A stretch of 64,000 nucleotides of DNA from an uncultured virus (IMG/VR IMGVR_UViG_3300012347_000246) (lineage: Duplodnaviria > Heunggongvirae > Uroviricota > Caudoviricetes). This document shows, one piece after another, positions 47,026 to 57,027 of this stretch. Numbering within the stretch: the first letter of the stretch is position 1; each line of letters starts with the position of its first letter. Where the stretch lies: the IMG/VR virus record IMGVR_UViG_3300012347_000246; one strand, written 5' to 3'. The notes beneath the pieces are model-generated. The model saw nothing but the letters and a program-made list of their open reading frames with translations, made no database searches and was not told where the DNA came from. A program made the translations under genes and the position numbers.

Positions 47026-47252
47026 TAAATTCGGCGCTTCTTCCAGGTGTATTCTGAACCATCTGGCAGCACACCTTCTTTGATGTCGTCTACGCCCATT
47101 TTACCAACTTGGTTTGGGTTTTCTGTTGCAATAACAACAAACGAGCCACCTGCGTCACGGGCGTCTTTGGCCACGTTTAATGCTTCGCCTAGCTCAGTGC
47201 GAAACAAGCTGTGCTCTTGCCCTGTTTTATCTGTCCAATATATTTTATGCAT
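47025..47252 (-). CDS. Hypothetical protein
   Basis: Operonic ORF ending YTWKKRR. Confidence 0.7.
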   Translation of the reverse strand: MHKIYWTDKTGQEHSLFRTELGEALNVAKDARDAGGSFVVIATENPNQVGKMGVDDIKEGVLPDGSEYTWKKRRI

Positions 47253-47254
47253 CT

Positions 47255-47707
47255 TTATGCCTGTTCGAATTTTGGGTTACCCCAGAGTTTACGCTCAACT
47301 GCAATTGATAGCAAGCGTTCTTTTTTCCATGCGTCAATTTCCCATGGGCGATCAAAATACTTGTCAGTATTCTTTTCGCCACGCCAGTAATATGTAGCAA
47401 AGCCGTATTCGTCTGTTTCGATACGAAGTTGGCCCAACACAAACTGTTTTACATGCACCATTTCGTGTGCAATCACTTCAACCATTTTAGTTGCAGTGAG
47501 TGCAGAATCCACAAACATCACATAGCCGCCATCTGCATGCGGCTGAACAGCACCATTGTACCCACCGTTTTTAGCAAGCCCAGGGCGAACGCAAACGTCA
47601 AGTTCAAAGTTACGTTTATCCAACTTGAGTTCTTTTGCAAGAATCCCAATCACTTGTTGGATAAATTCACGTTTAACTTTGCTGCGGAAGTGTACTTGTG
47701 TGTTCAT
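47255..47707 (-). CDS. HExxH metallopeptidase-like protein
   Basis: AHEMVHVKQ ... PWEIDA. Confidence 0.8.
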   Translation of the reverse strand: MNTQVHFRSKVKREFIQQVIGILAKELKLDKRNFELDVCVRPGLAKNGGYNGAVQPHADGGYVMFVDSALTATKMVEVIAHEMVHVKQFVLGQLRIETDEYGFATYYWRGEKNTDKYFDRPWEIDAWKKERLLSIAVERKLWGNPKFEQA

Positions 47708-47732
47708 GTGTTTATTATAGCACCATTTTGGG

Positions 47733-48014
47733 CTATGCGTACATCAGACACGCAATTAGCATGTGTTGATCAAAAACTGTAATACTTTCAGTAAACTTTT
47801 CTTCAAGTTCTCGATATCTTGTTGTAAATTTACCACGCTTTCTGCATTCAACCATTTCGTTATCCATCTCAGTCCAGTACTTACGCATCACATTGTAGAA
47901 CTTCCACATTGTGCTTTTGGTGCGGATATCAGTTAAACGTTGCAATTCAGCAAAACAACGCTCGTACTTAGCTCGATTTTGGTAGTGTGTGAGTGGCATC
48001 GCTGGATTGTACAT
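47733..48014 (-). CDS. Hypothetical protein
   Basis: Clean ORF. Confidence 0.6.
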   Translation of the reverse strand: MYNPAMPLTHYQNRAKYERCFAELQRLTDIRTKSTMWKFYNVMRKYWTEMDNEMVECRKRGKFTTRYRELEEKFTESITVFDQHMLIACLMYA

Positions 48015-48062
48015 AAAAACGGATTAAACGTCAAACCATAAATACTGCATTAGGGACGAAAC

Positions 48063-49163
48063 ATGGCTAGATTAAGTCTTTGGAAAGACGGCAGACACAG
48101 CAACGATTACAAATTTTTGGATAGACGCATATCCGAAATGTACACCATCGGCGGAACTGGGATTCTGCTGCACAAATACTTGGGCCCAGTTGAACAAACT
48201 GGCAGCGACGATGCTACTAAGCCAGTATATACAAATCAAAGTGAAATGAACATCCAGGACTTGTTGTTTTTGGAAAACCGTGATCGCAAGTACGATTCAG
48301 ATGTGTATACCATGCGTGGCATTTATCAAGTGTCAGACAATACTTTTGACTTGAGCCAATTTGGTTTGTTCCTTCAAACCGGAACACTGTTCATGACGTT
48401 TCACTTAAACGACATGATAGACACAATCGGACGCAAGATCATCAACGGTGACGTACTTGAACTACAGCACTTGATTGACTATAACCCACTAGACGTAGAA
48501 TTGCCTGTTGCATTAAAGCGTTTCTTTGTTTGTAGCGATGCTCAATTTGCCAGTGAGGGCTTTACACCAACATGGTTCCCTCACTTGTGGCGTGTAAAGT
48601 TAAACCCACTAACAGATAGCCAAGAGTACAAAGACATTTTGAATACTATCAAAGCAGGTAACAATACCAATTCAAGTATTGCTGATGTGTTAAGCACTAT
48701 CAGCAAGTACCAAAACATCAATGATGCAATTATTGCCCAAGCCGAAGTTGCTGTACCGCAAAGCGGATACGATACCAGTGGCTTATACATTAAGAGCAGC
48801 ACATTGCCTGACGGTACAGAAACTACTCCGGAAAACAAAGTACAAGGTTACTTAACTGGTGATGGCAAAGGTCCAAACAGCGTTCCTGTTGCGACCGGTA
48901 TCAACTTTCCAACACACCCAGACACTGGCGAATACTTCCTACGTGTTGACTATGTACCAAATCGTTTGTTCCGCTTTGATGGCAAGCGTTGGATCAAGAT
49001 CGAAGATGCTGTACGCACTAATTTAACCAATGGTGCAGCAGATAACCAAACATTACGTAGCAGCTTTGTTAACGATACCAGCACCTACACTGACAACAGT
49101 GGTGGTACCCATACTACATTACAGGGTCTAAGCAAGATCCTAAGACCAACGGCGGATAACTAA
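48063..49163 (+). CDS. Neck protein (gp14-like)
   Basis: DLLFLENRDRKY, LSQFG; late motif upstream; precedes gp15. Confidence 0.7.
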   Translation: MARLSLWKDGRHSNDYKFLDRRISEMYTIGGTGILLHKYLGPVEQTGSDDATKPVYTNQSEMNIQDLLFLENRDRKYDSDVYTMRGIYQVSDNTFDLSQFGLFLQTGTLFMTFHLNDMIDTIGRKIINGDVLELQHLIDYNPLDVELPVALKRFFVCSDAQFASEGFTPTWFPHLWRVKLNPLTDSQEYKDILNTIKAGNNTNSSIADVLSTISKYQNINDAIIAQAEVAVPQSGYDTSGLYIKSSTLPDGTETTPENKVQGYLTGDGKGPNSVPVATGINFPTHPDTGEYFLRVDYVPNRLFRFDGKRWIKIEDAVRTNLTNGAADNQTLRSSFVNDTSTYTDNSGGTHTTLQGLSKILRPTADN

Positions 49164-50530
49164 TGGCTCAACAATTTTTTTACGACGGGCAAATCCGTCG
49201 ATTTCTAACTCAGTTCATTCGCATGATGAGTAACTTCCAAGTAGAGTTTGGCAAGGACCGTAACGGCAACGTGACCTTACAACGTGTGCCTGTGTACTAC
49301 GGAGATGCTAGTAGACAAGCTGCAACTATCCTTCGTGGTAATAGTGAAAGCTCGTTAAACGCTGTACCTGCTATGGCTGTTTATATCAATGGCTTAACAT
49401 ATGATCAAAGTCGTATGCAGGAGCCATTCCACGTTAGTAAACTAAACCTGCGCCAAAAGAGCTACGATCCAAACACTGGCGAGTATGGCACAACACAAGA
49501 TACCGCATACACTGTTGAACGTCTAATGCCTGTGCCATATAAGCTAACGCTTAAGATGGACATTTGGACCAGCAACACTGAGCAGAAGCTACAACTACTT
49601 GAGCAAATACTAGTATTGTTTAATCCTAGTATGGAAATACAAAGCACTGACAACTATATTGACTGGACAAGTCTAACAGTTGTTACTCGCACTGACATTA
49701 ACTGGTCTAGTCGCAGCGTACCTGCAGGTGGCGAAGAGCCTATTGATATTTGTACAATGACTTTTGAGATTCCAATTTGGATTAGCGGTCCTGCTAAAGT
49801 TAAACAGCTTGGTGTTATCCAAAAGGTTGTTACAAGTATTTTTGATGCTAACGGAAACATCAACGAAGATTCATTGTTAGAAAGCAACTTGTTAGCACGT
49901 AAGATGTTAACCCCAATGGGCTACGGTGTGGTCTATGTCGGCAACACTCTAAAATTAATCAAAGCATCTGAGATCGTTAACGGCGATGAGAAGATTGGTA
50001 CACCGGATGATTGGCACAATCTAATTGATGTATACGGACAGTTACGTGATGGCACAAGCCAGATTAGACTTGAGCTAGCAGCCGAGTATGATGAAACTAC
50101 TGGCACCACAAGTCGTAACGAAATTATTGGCACAGTTGCATTCCATCCTTCAGATCCTACTGTAATGTTGTTTACTGTAGACACTGATACCTTACCAGCA
50201 AACACCCTTGCACCTATCAACGCTATTATCAACCCTCAATCAGTTGCTGTAGACAGTGGTATTACTACTCCATCAAGCGGATCACGTTATCTTATCTTAG
50301 ACAGCATTGGGGCCGATGTAGCGGTATGGGGAGGGGTATCTGCTAACGCAAACGATATTATTGAATATAACGGATCCTCGTGGTCCGTTGTACTTGACAG
50401 TACTAGCCATTCTCAGTTAGAATACGTAACTAACTTAACTACCACCGTTCAGTACAAATGGTCAAACGGTGCGTGGACTAAGAGTGTTGAAGGTGTATAT
50501 CGAGAAGGCGAATGGTCAATCATACTGTAG
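49163..50530 (+). CDS. Tail sheath stabilizer/terminator (gp15-like)
   Basis: FYD.QIRR, VPV.YG, PVPY, QLLEQI..FNP. Confidence 0.85.
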   Translation: MAQQFFYDGQIRRFLTQFIRMMSNFQVEFGKDRNGNVTLQRVPVYYGDASRQAATILRGNSESSLNAVPAMAVYINGLTYDQSRMQEPFHVSKLNLRQKSYDPNTGEYGTTQDTAYTVERLMPVPYKLTLKMDIWTSNTEQKLQLLEQILVLFNPSMEIQSTDNYIDWTSLTVVTRTDINWSSRSVPAGGEEPIDICTMTFEIPIWISGPAKVKQLGVIQKVVTSIFDANGNINEDSLLESNLLARKMLTPMGYGVVYVGNTLKLIKASEIVNGDEKIGTPDDWHNLIDVYGQLRDGTSQIRLELAAEYDETTGTTSRNEIIGTVAFHPSDPTVMLFTVDTDTLPANTLAPINAIINPQSVAVDSGITTPSSGSRYLILDSIGADVAVWGGVSANANDIIEYNGSSWSVVLDSTSHSQLEYVTNLTTTVQYKWSNGAWTKSVEGVYREGEWSIIL

Positions 50531-50934
50531 GCGTAGGCGTACTATTTTATAGTCAACAAACCAAAAGATACTTGTTCTTGCTGCGTAATGGCAATAAGCA
50601 CAATGGCCATTGGGGGTTAGTTGGCGGTAAAGTAGAAGCAAACGAAACAGCTATGCGAGCATTGACTAGAGAGATCACGGAGGAGATCGGAGCTGTTACT
50701 TACAGCAAAGTTATCCCGTTAGAACACTTCACTAGTGATAACTCACACTTTGAATACCACACATACATTATACCTGTGCCCAATGAGTTTGTGCCAACTC
50801 TCAATCACGAGCATCGTGGCTATGCTTGGACGCACATAGAAGATCACCCGAAGCCATTGCATCCGGGTGTTTGGAGAACTTTTAACTTTGCCAGCGTACT
50901 GGACAAGATTAAAACTTTAGAAGGTATTTTATAA
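50512..50934 (+). CDS. NUDIX hydrolase
   Basis: GGKVEANE...ALTREITEEIG. Confidence 0.9.
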   Translation: MVNHTVGVGVLFYSQQTKRYLFLLRNGNKHNGHWGLVGGKVEANETAMRALTREITEEIGAVTYSKVIPLEHFTSDNSHFEYHTYIIPVPNEFVPTLNHEHRGYAWTHIEDHPKPLHPGVWRTFNFASVLDKIKTLEGIL

Positions 50935-51663
50935 ATCAGCCTCTAGTACAAATTGATTGTAGTTAATTTGTCTAAAGTTTGAAGCATACTTCCATGCTTC
51001 CGGAATTCTATATGATGCTTCAGGCATTACTCTTACAAAGTCAACATCTGAGTATGCAGTAAACACTTCAAGCATAGAACGTACCCAATACTCTTCAGAA
51101 TAAATCTGTGCAGGATACCCAGGTGTTCCTTCATATATGTTGTAGCTGGACGCAGGATCGTCGATTCCATCAAACCCTAACAAGAATACTTTTTTATGCT
51201 CGTCAAATGCTGCCAAGTATGCGGCTGTGGCACCAGCGTTAAAAGGAGGGTTCTGTGGAATGTTATGAACTTGATTACCAATGACGCGGCGCTTTAAATG
51301 CCTAGATGCAAATACGTTAGTTCTGCTTGCAATACTAAGACTTGCAATCTCGTCTATCATGTCGTTGCCTGTTACAACTAAAAAGTCTGGCAGAAAATCT
51401 CTATATATCGCATTACATCCGTAGGTACGTAATATTTTAGTTGGGATGGTATTAAGAAGTCGGTTGCTCAACAAATTAGTATTGAAATTTTTTCTGCTGA
51501 TCCCGTTGCCAAACACTACTGCACACCGCCCGTAACTAGGATCGCCAGTCTCAGTAAACTTAATTTGAGTTGTTTCTCCCACCCATTGGCTATTACGGTA
51601 CACTAATTCAGTGACTGCTTCTTCGCTAGTGTACGTCGATCTGTAAAATTTGTTAATAGCCAT
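50929..51663 (-). CDS. Hypothetical Rossmann-like protein (glycosyltransferase-like)
   Basis: VFGNG.SR, YGCNAIYRD, G..A..LA, VFLLGFD. Confidence 0.65.
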   Translation of the reverse strand: MAINKFYRSTYTSEEAVTELVYRNSQWVGETTQIKFTETGDPSYGRCAVVFGNGISRKNFNTNLLSNRLLNTIPTKILRTYGCNAIYRDFLPDFLVVTGNDMIDEIASLSIASRTNVFASRHLKRRVIGNQVHNIPQNPPFNAGATAAYLAAFDEHKKVFLLGFDGIDDPASSYNIYEGTPGYPAQIYSEEYWVRSMLEVFTAYSDVDFVRVMPEASYRIPEAWKYASNFRQINYNQFVLEADL

Positions 51664-51668
51664 ATCTA

Positions 51669-53300
51669 TTATTTATTGTGGATATTGTCCCGCAGAAACT
51701 CGTAGTGAGTAGGCAAGGTATCAATATGTGCCAATACTTCTTCTTTGTGCTTTAACCAGTTATCGTACACTTGTTTACGTAGCTCCGGAGTTTCGCCAAG
51801 TCGAGCATCTTCGTAACGCAGGAAGTTTGGTTCTACCGGGTTGTACCCCATGCCTGCTGCGATGTAAATAATTCCGCCCATGTTGTTATCAAACCTGCGA
51901 ATTCTATGCATACGCATACCTAAGTCTGTAGTTGACCTAAGATCGTGGTCCAATGTTGATAGTCCCGACAAACTAGATAAATTAGACATAGTTCGAGAAT
52001 AACTAACATCACCGGATACTTCTTTCCAGTATGGAGTGTCATTTCGTACGCTCAATGCATAATGTTGACTAATGAAGTCCTTGAACCCCATAATTTGCTC
52101 TTGGAATCCAAAGTTAAACAAGTCAACATCGTAATTACTTACAACGCCGTTACGCATTGCTAGAGTGCTGCATAGTTTAACAATGCCTTCATGTGTTAGC
52201 ATCAATCCAGTAGATTCTAGTGGCTCAATAAAACCATTGGCAAGCCCAATGCCCACTACGTTTTTAACCCATGCACGTTCGTGTACACCGTGTTTAATTT
52301 TGATGTGACGTACTTCACACTTTTCTGCACGTTCTGCATCCGGAAATAGCATGCGATTGCTTTTTAGATGTTTACGTAACTGTGCTTCTGCTTCTGCTTC
52401 CGTTGCATGTTTACTGCTATAAACATATCCTGTGCCAATTCGATTCCACAAAGGAATGTTCCACACCCAGCCCGCTTCAATAGCAGTACAACTAGTATAG
52501 TTTTCCATCTCTGCTTCTTTGTCAATATATGGAATAACCGTTGCTACTGCTCTGTCATTTAACAGTGTATCGTTAAAACTAATAAAAGGAACCTTGAGTG
52601 TTTGATCTAATAATATACTGCGGAATCCCGAGCAATCGATAAACAAATCAGCGTGGATGTGATCGCCTTCTTTGGTGACAATTTTTTCAATACTCTCGTC
52701 GTCTCGTTGAATTATTTTGTCAACTGTTGCGACAATATGCTGCATCCCAGTTGGCAAACAAACATAATCACGCAGATACTCCCCAAACAATGCAGCATCC
52801 ATATGGTATGCAGTATCGTGATTAAAATTGAATCCCCTAACTTTAAAATCCTCGTTCCGAGTCATTTTGTTTCGGTCAGTCATTAAAATACTGTCGTGGT
52901 AAAATTCTGCAAAGTTTTCGTTAGGAATAGCCGGATTGTCGGCTTTTGCTAAAAACCACTCCATTGGGCCACGCGGCTTTTCTGTAAAATCCATAATACC
53001 AAACGGATAATGAAATTTATGTGGGTGTTCAGTTGGGTTTTCTCTAAAGTCAATAAACTTAATACTGGTCTTGTATGTTGCATTGCAATGATGCATCCAA
53101 TCCTCGTCCTTAAGACCAATCATTGTCAAGAATTGGTTAATATGACCAATAGTACTTTCACCAACACCAATTGTGGGAACTGTTGCACTTTCTACTAGAG
53201 TTAGTTTAATATTTGGCAGCAATCTAGATATTCCTGCTGCTGTCATCCACCCACTTGAACCGCCACCTACGATACAAATACTTTTTATATCATGTCTCAT
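51669..53300 (-). CDS. Tryptophan halogenase-family flavoprotein
   Basis: GGGSSG, GVGEST, K, FIDCSGF, GWVWNIP, FIEPLESTG. Confidence 0.9.
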   Translation of the reverse strand: MRHDIKSICIVGGGSSGWMTAAGISRLLPNIKLTLVESATVPTIGVGESTIGHINQFLTMIGLKDEDWMHHCNATYKTSIKFIDFRENPTEHPHKFHYPFGIMDFTEKPRGPMEWFLAKADNPAIPNENFAEFYHDSILMTDRNKMTRNEDFKVRGFNFNHDTAYHMDAALFGEYLRDYVCLPTGMQHIVATVDKIIQRDDESIEKIVTKEGDHIHADLFIDCSGFRSILLDQTLKVPFISFNDTLLNDRAVATVIPYIDKEAEMENYTSCTAIEAGWVWNIPLWNRIGTGYVYSSKHATEAEAEAQLRKHLKSNRMLFPDAERAEKCEVRHIKIKHGVHERAWVKNVVGIGLANGFIEPLESTGLMLTHEGIVKLCSTLAMRNGVVSNYDVDLFNFGFQEQIMGFKDFISQHYALSVRNDTPYWKEVSGDVSYSRTMSNLSSLSGLSTLDHDLRSTTDLGMRMHRIRRFDNNMGGIIYIAAGMGYNPVEPNFLRYEDARLGETPELRKQVYDNWLKHKEEVLAHIDTLPTHYEFLRDNIHNK

Positions 53301-53302
53301 GA

Positions 53303-54532
53303 TTAATTAATCTTTCTTAATTGTAAAGCTGAATCAATATCCTGGAATCCAAATGTGCGTTCACATTCATGACAGTCCCAGCACTGATTGCGGCAAGTTC
53401 GTAAAATCTTTTCTAACCTCTTACCAGGATCTGTTGCCCATATACCAGTGTATGGCTTATATGTTTTGCGCCAATCTTCTTTTGTATAGCGTGTATCGAT
53501 CCAGCCCGGTATCCAGTTATGAACTGGGCCCAAGTTATTATCAATCACTTCATCAAAATTGTCTGCATATACTGTTTGGCCAACAAAAGACACTGACTGC
53601 TTAAACTTGTTGATATTATCGTAATACCATACCGCCTTCATGTGTTTTGCATCCTCTGCTTTAAACATAGGAGTAGTTAAGCGGCCCGAATATTTAAAAA
53701 TGTCTACTAGATCCGCAAACTCCTTAAAGGTGTCCGCTTGTCCTGCTACTAGGTTAATTCCCGAACGTGGTAACTCTGCAAACTCGCTGTGACCTCTCCA
53801 GCCATTACAACTTAGGTCTGCAGGGCCACGGAAGTATTCAGTACCAATTACTTCGCCAACGCTGTCATGCTCTTTCTTAAACGGGCAGTGATAGATGCAA
53901 GCCTCGGCAACCAGCAAACTTGTCATCAACTTCTTCTGAGGGTTAAGACTGTTTAAATAATCCTGTGCTCGCTTGATACGCTTTAGTTCTCGGATGTTGC
54001 GATTCAGGCTACGATCCAATAGAATGGTGTTGTACCCTAAGTATGCGTAATCAATAAACTGCTGTGCATCAGAGACAATTTGATTCACTGTGCTTTTCCA
54101 CCGCATGTCAGGACAACGTTGTTGAAGGATGCCCATACGCAAAATGTGTTCACTGCTCATGGTGCAACTACGTAGGCCACGATCGTAATAGCCGCCAATC
54201 CATTCTACAAATTGGCCCCTGATTGTGTCGTCCCACACTAACTCATGTGGCACTTCAACAGTGTTAAATGTAAGACTAATTTCTACGCCAAGTTCTTCTT
54301 GTATTTTAAACAAGTAATCAATTTGCTCGTCGCTGGCTTCAACGCCCATTGGGTTGCCGGCACGTTTCTTTTGACCTTGCCATTCATAATAAAAGTACTT
54401 GCCAAAATAAATGTCATGCAGACTTTCCAGATAATCCGGATCTGCATTTTTCATTATTTCGTAATATGTACTAGAAAACTCGCCGTGAAATTGATCGTAG
54501 TGTGCGATCGAAAACCGCTTTTTGAAATTCAT
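53303..54532 (-). CDS. U32-family-like Fe-S protein
   Basis: DRSLNR, EAC...CP...H, FK.SGR, C-terminal CxxxCxxCxxC. Confidence 0.65.
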   Translation of the reverse strand: MNFKKRFSIAHYDQFHGEFSSTYYEIMKNADPDYLESLHDIYFGKYFYYEWQGQKKRAGNPMGVEASDEQIDYLFKIQEELGVEISLTFNTVEVPHELVWDDTIRGQFVEWIGGYYDRGLRSCTMSSEHILRMGILQQRCPDMRWKSTVNQIVSDAQQFIDYAYLGYNTILLDRSLNRNIRELKRIKRAQDYLNSLNPQKKLMTSLLVAEACIYHCPFKKEHDSVGEVIGTEYFRGPADLSCNGWRGHSEFAELPRSGINLVAGQADTFKEFADLVDIFKYSGRLTTPMFKAEDAKHMKAVWYYDNINKFKQSVSFVGQTVYADNFDEVIDNNLGPVHNWIPGWIDTRYTKEDWRKTYKPYTGIWATDPGKRLEKILRTCRNQCWDCHECERTFGFQDIDSALQLRKIN

Positions 54533-54542
54533 GTTTTACCCT

Positions 54543-54962
54543 TTATTGCGGGGCAACATTCCCTTGCATAGATTGCCAGTATTGCATATTCCATTCGTGA
54601 ACTGCATACGGATCATCTTTTGGTATTGCAGCTTTAACGCTAGCAATATGAGTTGCCCATGGCCCAGTATTACTTATCGTTCCTGTGGACTGTATCTCTT
54701 TAAAAAGCATATCCAATTGGTCGCCCATCGAGCCATACCCAATTCCCCGTGCAACTTTGTATGCATTTTCTGCAAAGCCCGGTTGTTTTGTGATATCAAA
54801 TTTAGTAATAGTGCCGTCGTCATTGACTGTGTCAGCTGTAGTTGTTCCATCTGGAAGATCTATCCACCGAAACGACTCATGTACTTCAAACTCACTACCT
54901 GCCTCTACAATCTCGCAAATTCGACCTGGTTCAGTGGTATTAATTAATCCTCTTAACGCCAT
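54543..54962 (-). CDS. Tail fibre assembly/chaperone-like protein
   Basis: R...Y.S.GDQLDML...W...I..VK...PK pattern; tail context. Confidence 0.6.
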   Translation of the reverse strand: MALRGLINTTEPGRICEIVEAGSEFEVHESFRWIDLPDGTTTADTVNDDGTITKFDITKQPGFAENAYKVARGIGYGSMGDQLDMLFKEIQSTGTISNTGPWATHIASVKAAIPKDDPYAVHEWNMQYWQSMQGNVAPQ

Positions 54963-54974
54963 ATTTGTTTCTCC

Positions 54975-55694
54975 TTATTTGTATGAATAAATGGTAACCA
55001 TTCCATTGGTTCCGTATTCCCCTGCTGAATGGCCGCGGGGGTGTTGATAACCCCAATCCGTGACATTGGCTGCGCCACCGGCGCCCGGTGCCCCGTTTCC
55101 AATTCCGTGCTGCACTGCCCATCCGAGATTGCCGTGATTTCTAATGTGATTTGCAGGCCCGCCATAATATCCGCTGCCGCCTACTACACTCGCAGTAGAG
55201 TGGCCTACACTATTAATGTGGCCACACCCAGCGCCACCTTGTACTGAAAATTGGGCACCGCCAAAGCTGTTTCCACCGTGGCCACCGCTGTGACTATAGT
55301 TTTGGTTAGCTCCATACCCTCCGCTGGCACTCAGATAGCCACCAAAACTGCTAGTACCACCGTTTCCTGCTGCTGCGTAGTAAGAGGCATAGCCGCCGCC
55401 GCCACCCACTGTAACTGCCACAGACCCCACACCAGTCACATTATAAAATCCCTCAGCATACCCGCCTGCACCACCGCCTTCGCAGTATCCGGCTCCGCCG
55501 CCACCGCCGCCGATTAACTTAACGTGAACCATTGTGGCCCCTGGGTTAGTCCAAGTACCGCTGTTAGTAAAGCATGCGATGTCTATGAGATCGCCGCGGT
55601 CTGTTCCGTTTAGGCCTATGCCATCTGTGTTACGAGATGTTTGACTAGATCCATCACTATATGTTATTCCACTTGAGCCTAATGTAACTGCCAT
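54975..55694 (-). CDS. Glycine-rich tail-associated protein, paralog 1
   Basis: FTNSGTW, GGGGGG, YCEGGGAGGY. Confidence 0.8.
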   Translation of the reverse strand: MAVTLGSSGITYSDGSSQTSRNTDGIGLNGTDRGDLIDIACFTNSGTWTNPGATMVHVKLIGGGGGGAGYCEGGGAGGYAEGFYNVTGVGSVAVTVGGGGGYASYYAAAGNGGTSSFGGYLSASGGYGANQNYSHSGGHGGNSFGGAQFSVQGGAGCGHINSVGHSTASVVGGSGYYGGPANHIRNHGNLGWAVQHGIGNGAPGAGGAANVTDWGYQHPRGHSAGEYGTNGMVTIYSYK

Positions 55695-55702
55695 ATTAAT
55701 CC

Positions 55703-56356
55703 TTATGTATATGCATAAACTACACACACGCCGGCAGCGCCTGTTGTTCCAGATCCACCATCATTTGTTCGGCCGCCTGTTGCACCAGATCCGAGCGCCG
55801 GGCTATAATTACTTGGGGTAGTGCTTCGATACTGCCCGCCGGGGCCACCAAAGAAGCTAGGGCCACCCCCAGAGGGTTGACCGTGGCTTGCACTATTGCC
55901 ATGGCCGCATCCAGTGCCGCCATCTAAGTTAATTTGTCCACCAGATCCTGATCCGCCGTGGCCGCCACCATGGCTATAATTATTATTTGCACCATATCCG
56001 CCAGTTGCACTTATTAATGATCCAAAGCTGGAAGTGCCGCCGCGGCCAGCTGCTGCATAATAACCTACGCCACCACCACCGCCACCAATGGTAACTGCGT
56101 AAGTCGCGCCAGGGGTAACTGAAAAGACTCCCTCGGCGAATCCACCTGCACCACCAGCTTCGCAATATCCCGCAGATCCGCCGCCGCCGCCCACTATTTG
56201 AACAAGGATCTTGCGACAGTTACTTGGCACTGTGTATGTTCCGTTGCTGGTGAATGTCTGTATACTAATCGGCTGGCCACGGTTAGCTGTATAACTAGAC
56301 GTTTGTGTCCCGCCTGTCGGATATGTAATTCCTGTTGATGTTAATGTAATTGCCAT
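55703..56356 (-). CDS. Glycine-rich tail-associated protein, paralog 2
   Basis: FTSNGTY, YCEAGGAGGF, GYYAAAG. Confidence 0.8.
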   Translation of the reverse strand: MAITLTSTGITYPTGGTQTSSYTANRGQPISIQTFTSNGTYTVPSNCRKILVQIVGGGGGSAGYCEAGGAGGFAEGVFSVTPGATYAVTIGGGGGGVGYYAAAGRGGTSSFGSLISATGGYGANNNYSHGGGHGGSGSGGQINLDGGTGCGHGNSASHGQPSGGGPSFFGGPGGQYRSTTPSNYSPALGSGATGGRTNDGGSGTTGAAGVCVVYAYT

Positions 56357-56365
56357 GTTTGTTCC

Positions 56366-57025
56366 TCAACTGTATGCATAAACAACAACCATGCCTGCAC
56401 GGCCTGCTTTGCCGCTGCCGCCATTACCGGTAGTGCCCGGACTTGCACCGGCACCGGGTGTGCCTGATCCAATTTGCTCACCTCCACTGTGTCTGGTACC
56501 AAAACTGCCACCCCAGTATGTAGGGACTCCTCGCGGGCCCCAACTGCCGAATCCGTTTGTGTGTCCAATGCCGCCGCCGCCTTGCAACGTTACTTGGCCG
56601 CCAGATCCAGTTCCGCCATGGCCGCCTGTGTGACTGTAATTTCTATTGGCACCATACCCGCCAGAAGCAGAACAGTAGCTACCAAAACTGCTAGTTCCGC
56701 CATCGCCTGCGGCAGCATAATAACCTACGCCACCACCGCCGCCACCAATTGTTACTGCAAATGTCATGCCGGGAGTAATTGCATGAATTAGTCGTTCACT
56801 ATACCCCCCTGCGCCGCCACCTTCGCAGTGCCCAGCTGAGCCACCACCACCACCTTGCACTTTAACCAAAAGTTTTCTACACGGTGTAGGTGCAGTGTAA
56901 GTCCCACTAGATGTAAATGTGGTAATAGAAACCAATTGCCCAAAATCGTAAGAACTATCTGGCGCAGAGTTTTGCACTGTTCCATCCGAGTATGTTATCC
57001 CGTTGTTACTTAATGTTACTGCCAT
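56366..57025 (-). CDS. Glycine-rich tail-associated protein, paralog 3
   Basis: FTSSGTY, HCEGGGAGGY, GYYAAAG. Confidence 0.8.
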   Translation of the reverse strand: MAVTLSNNGITYSDGTVQNSAPDSSYDFGQLVSITTFTSSGTYTAPTPCRKLLVKVQGGGGGSAGHCEGGGAGGYSERLIHAITPGMTFAVTIGGGGGGVGYYAAAGDGGTSSFGSYCSASGGYGANRNYSHTGGHGGTGSGGQVTLQGGGGIGHTNGFGSWGPRGVPTYWGGSFGTRHSGGEQIGSGTPGAGASPGTTGNGGSGKAGRAGMVVVYAYS

Positions 57026-57027
57026 AG

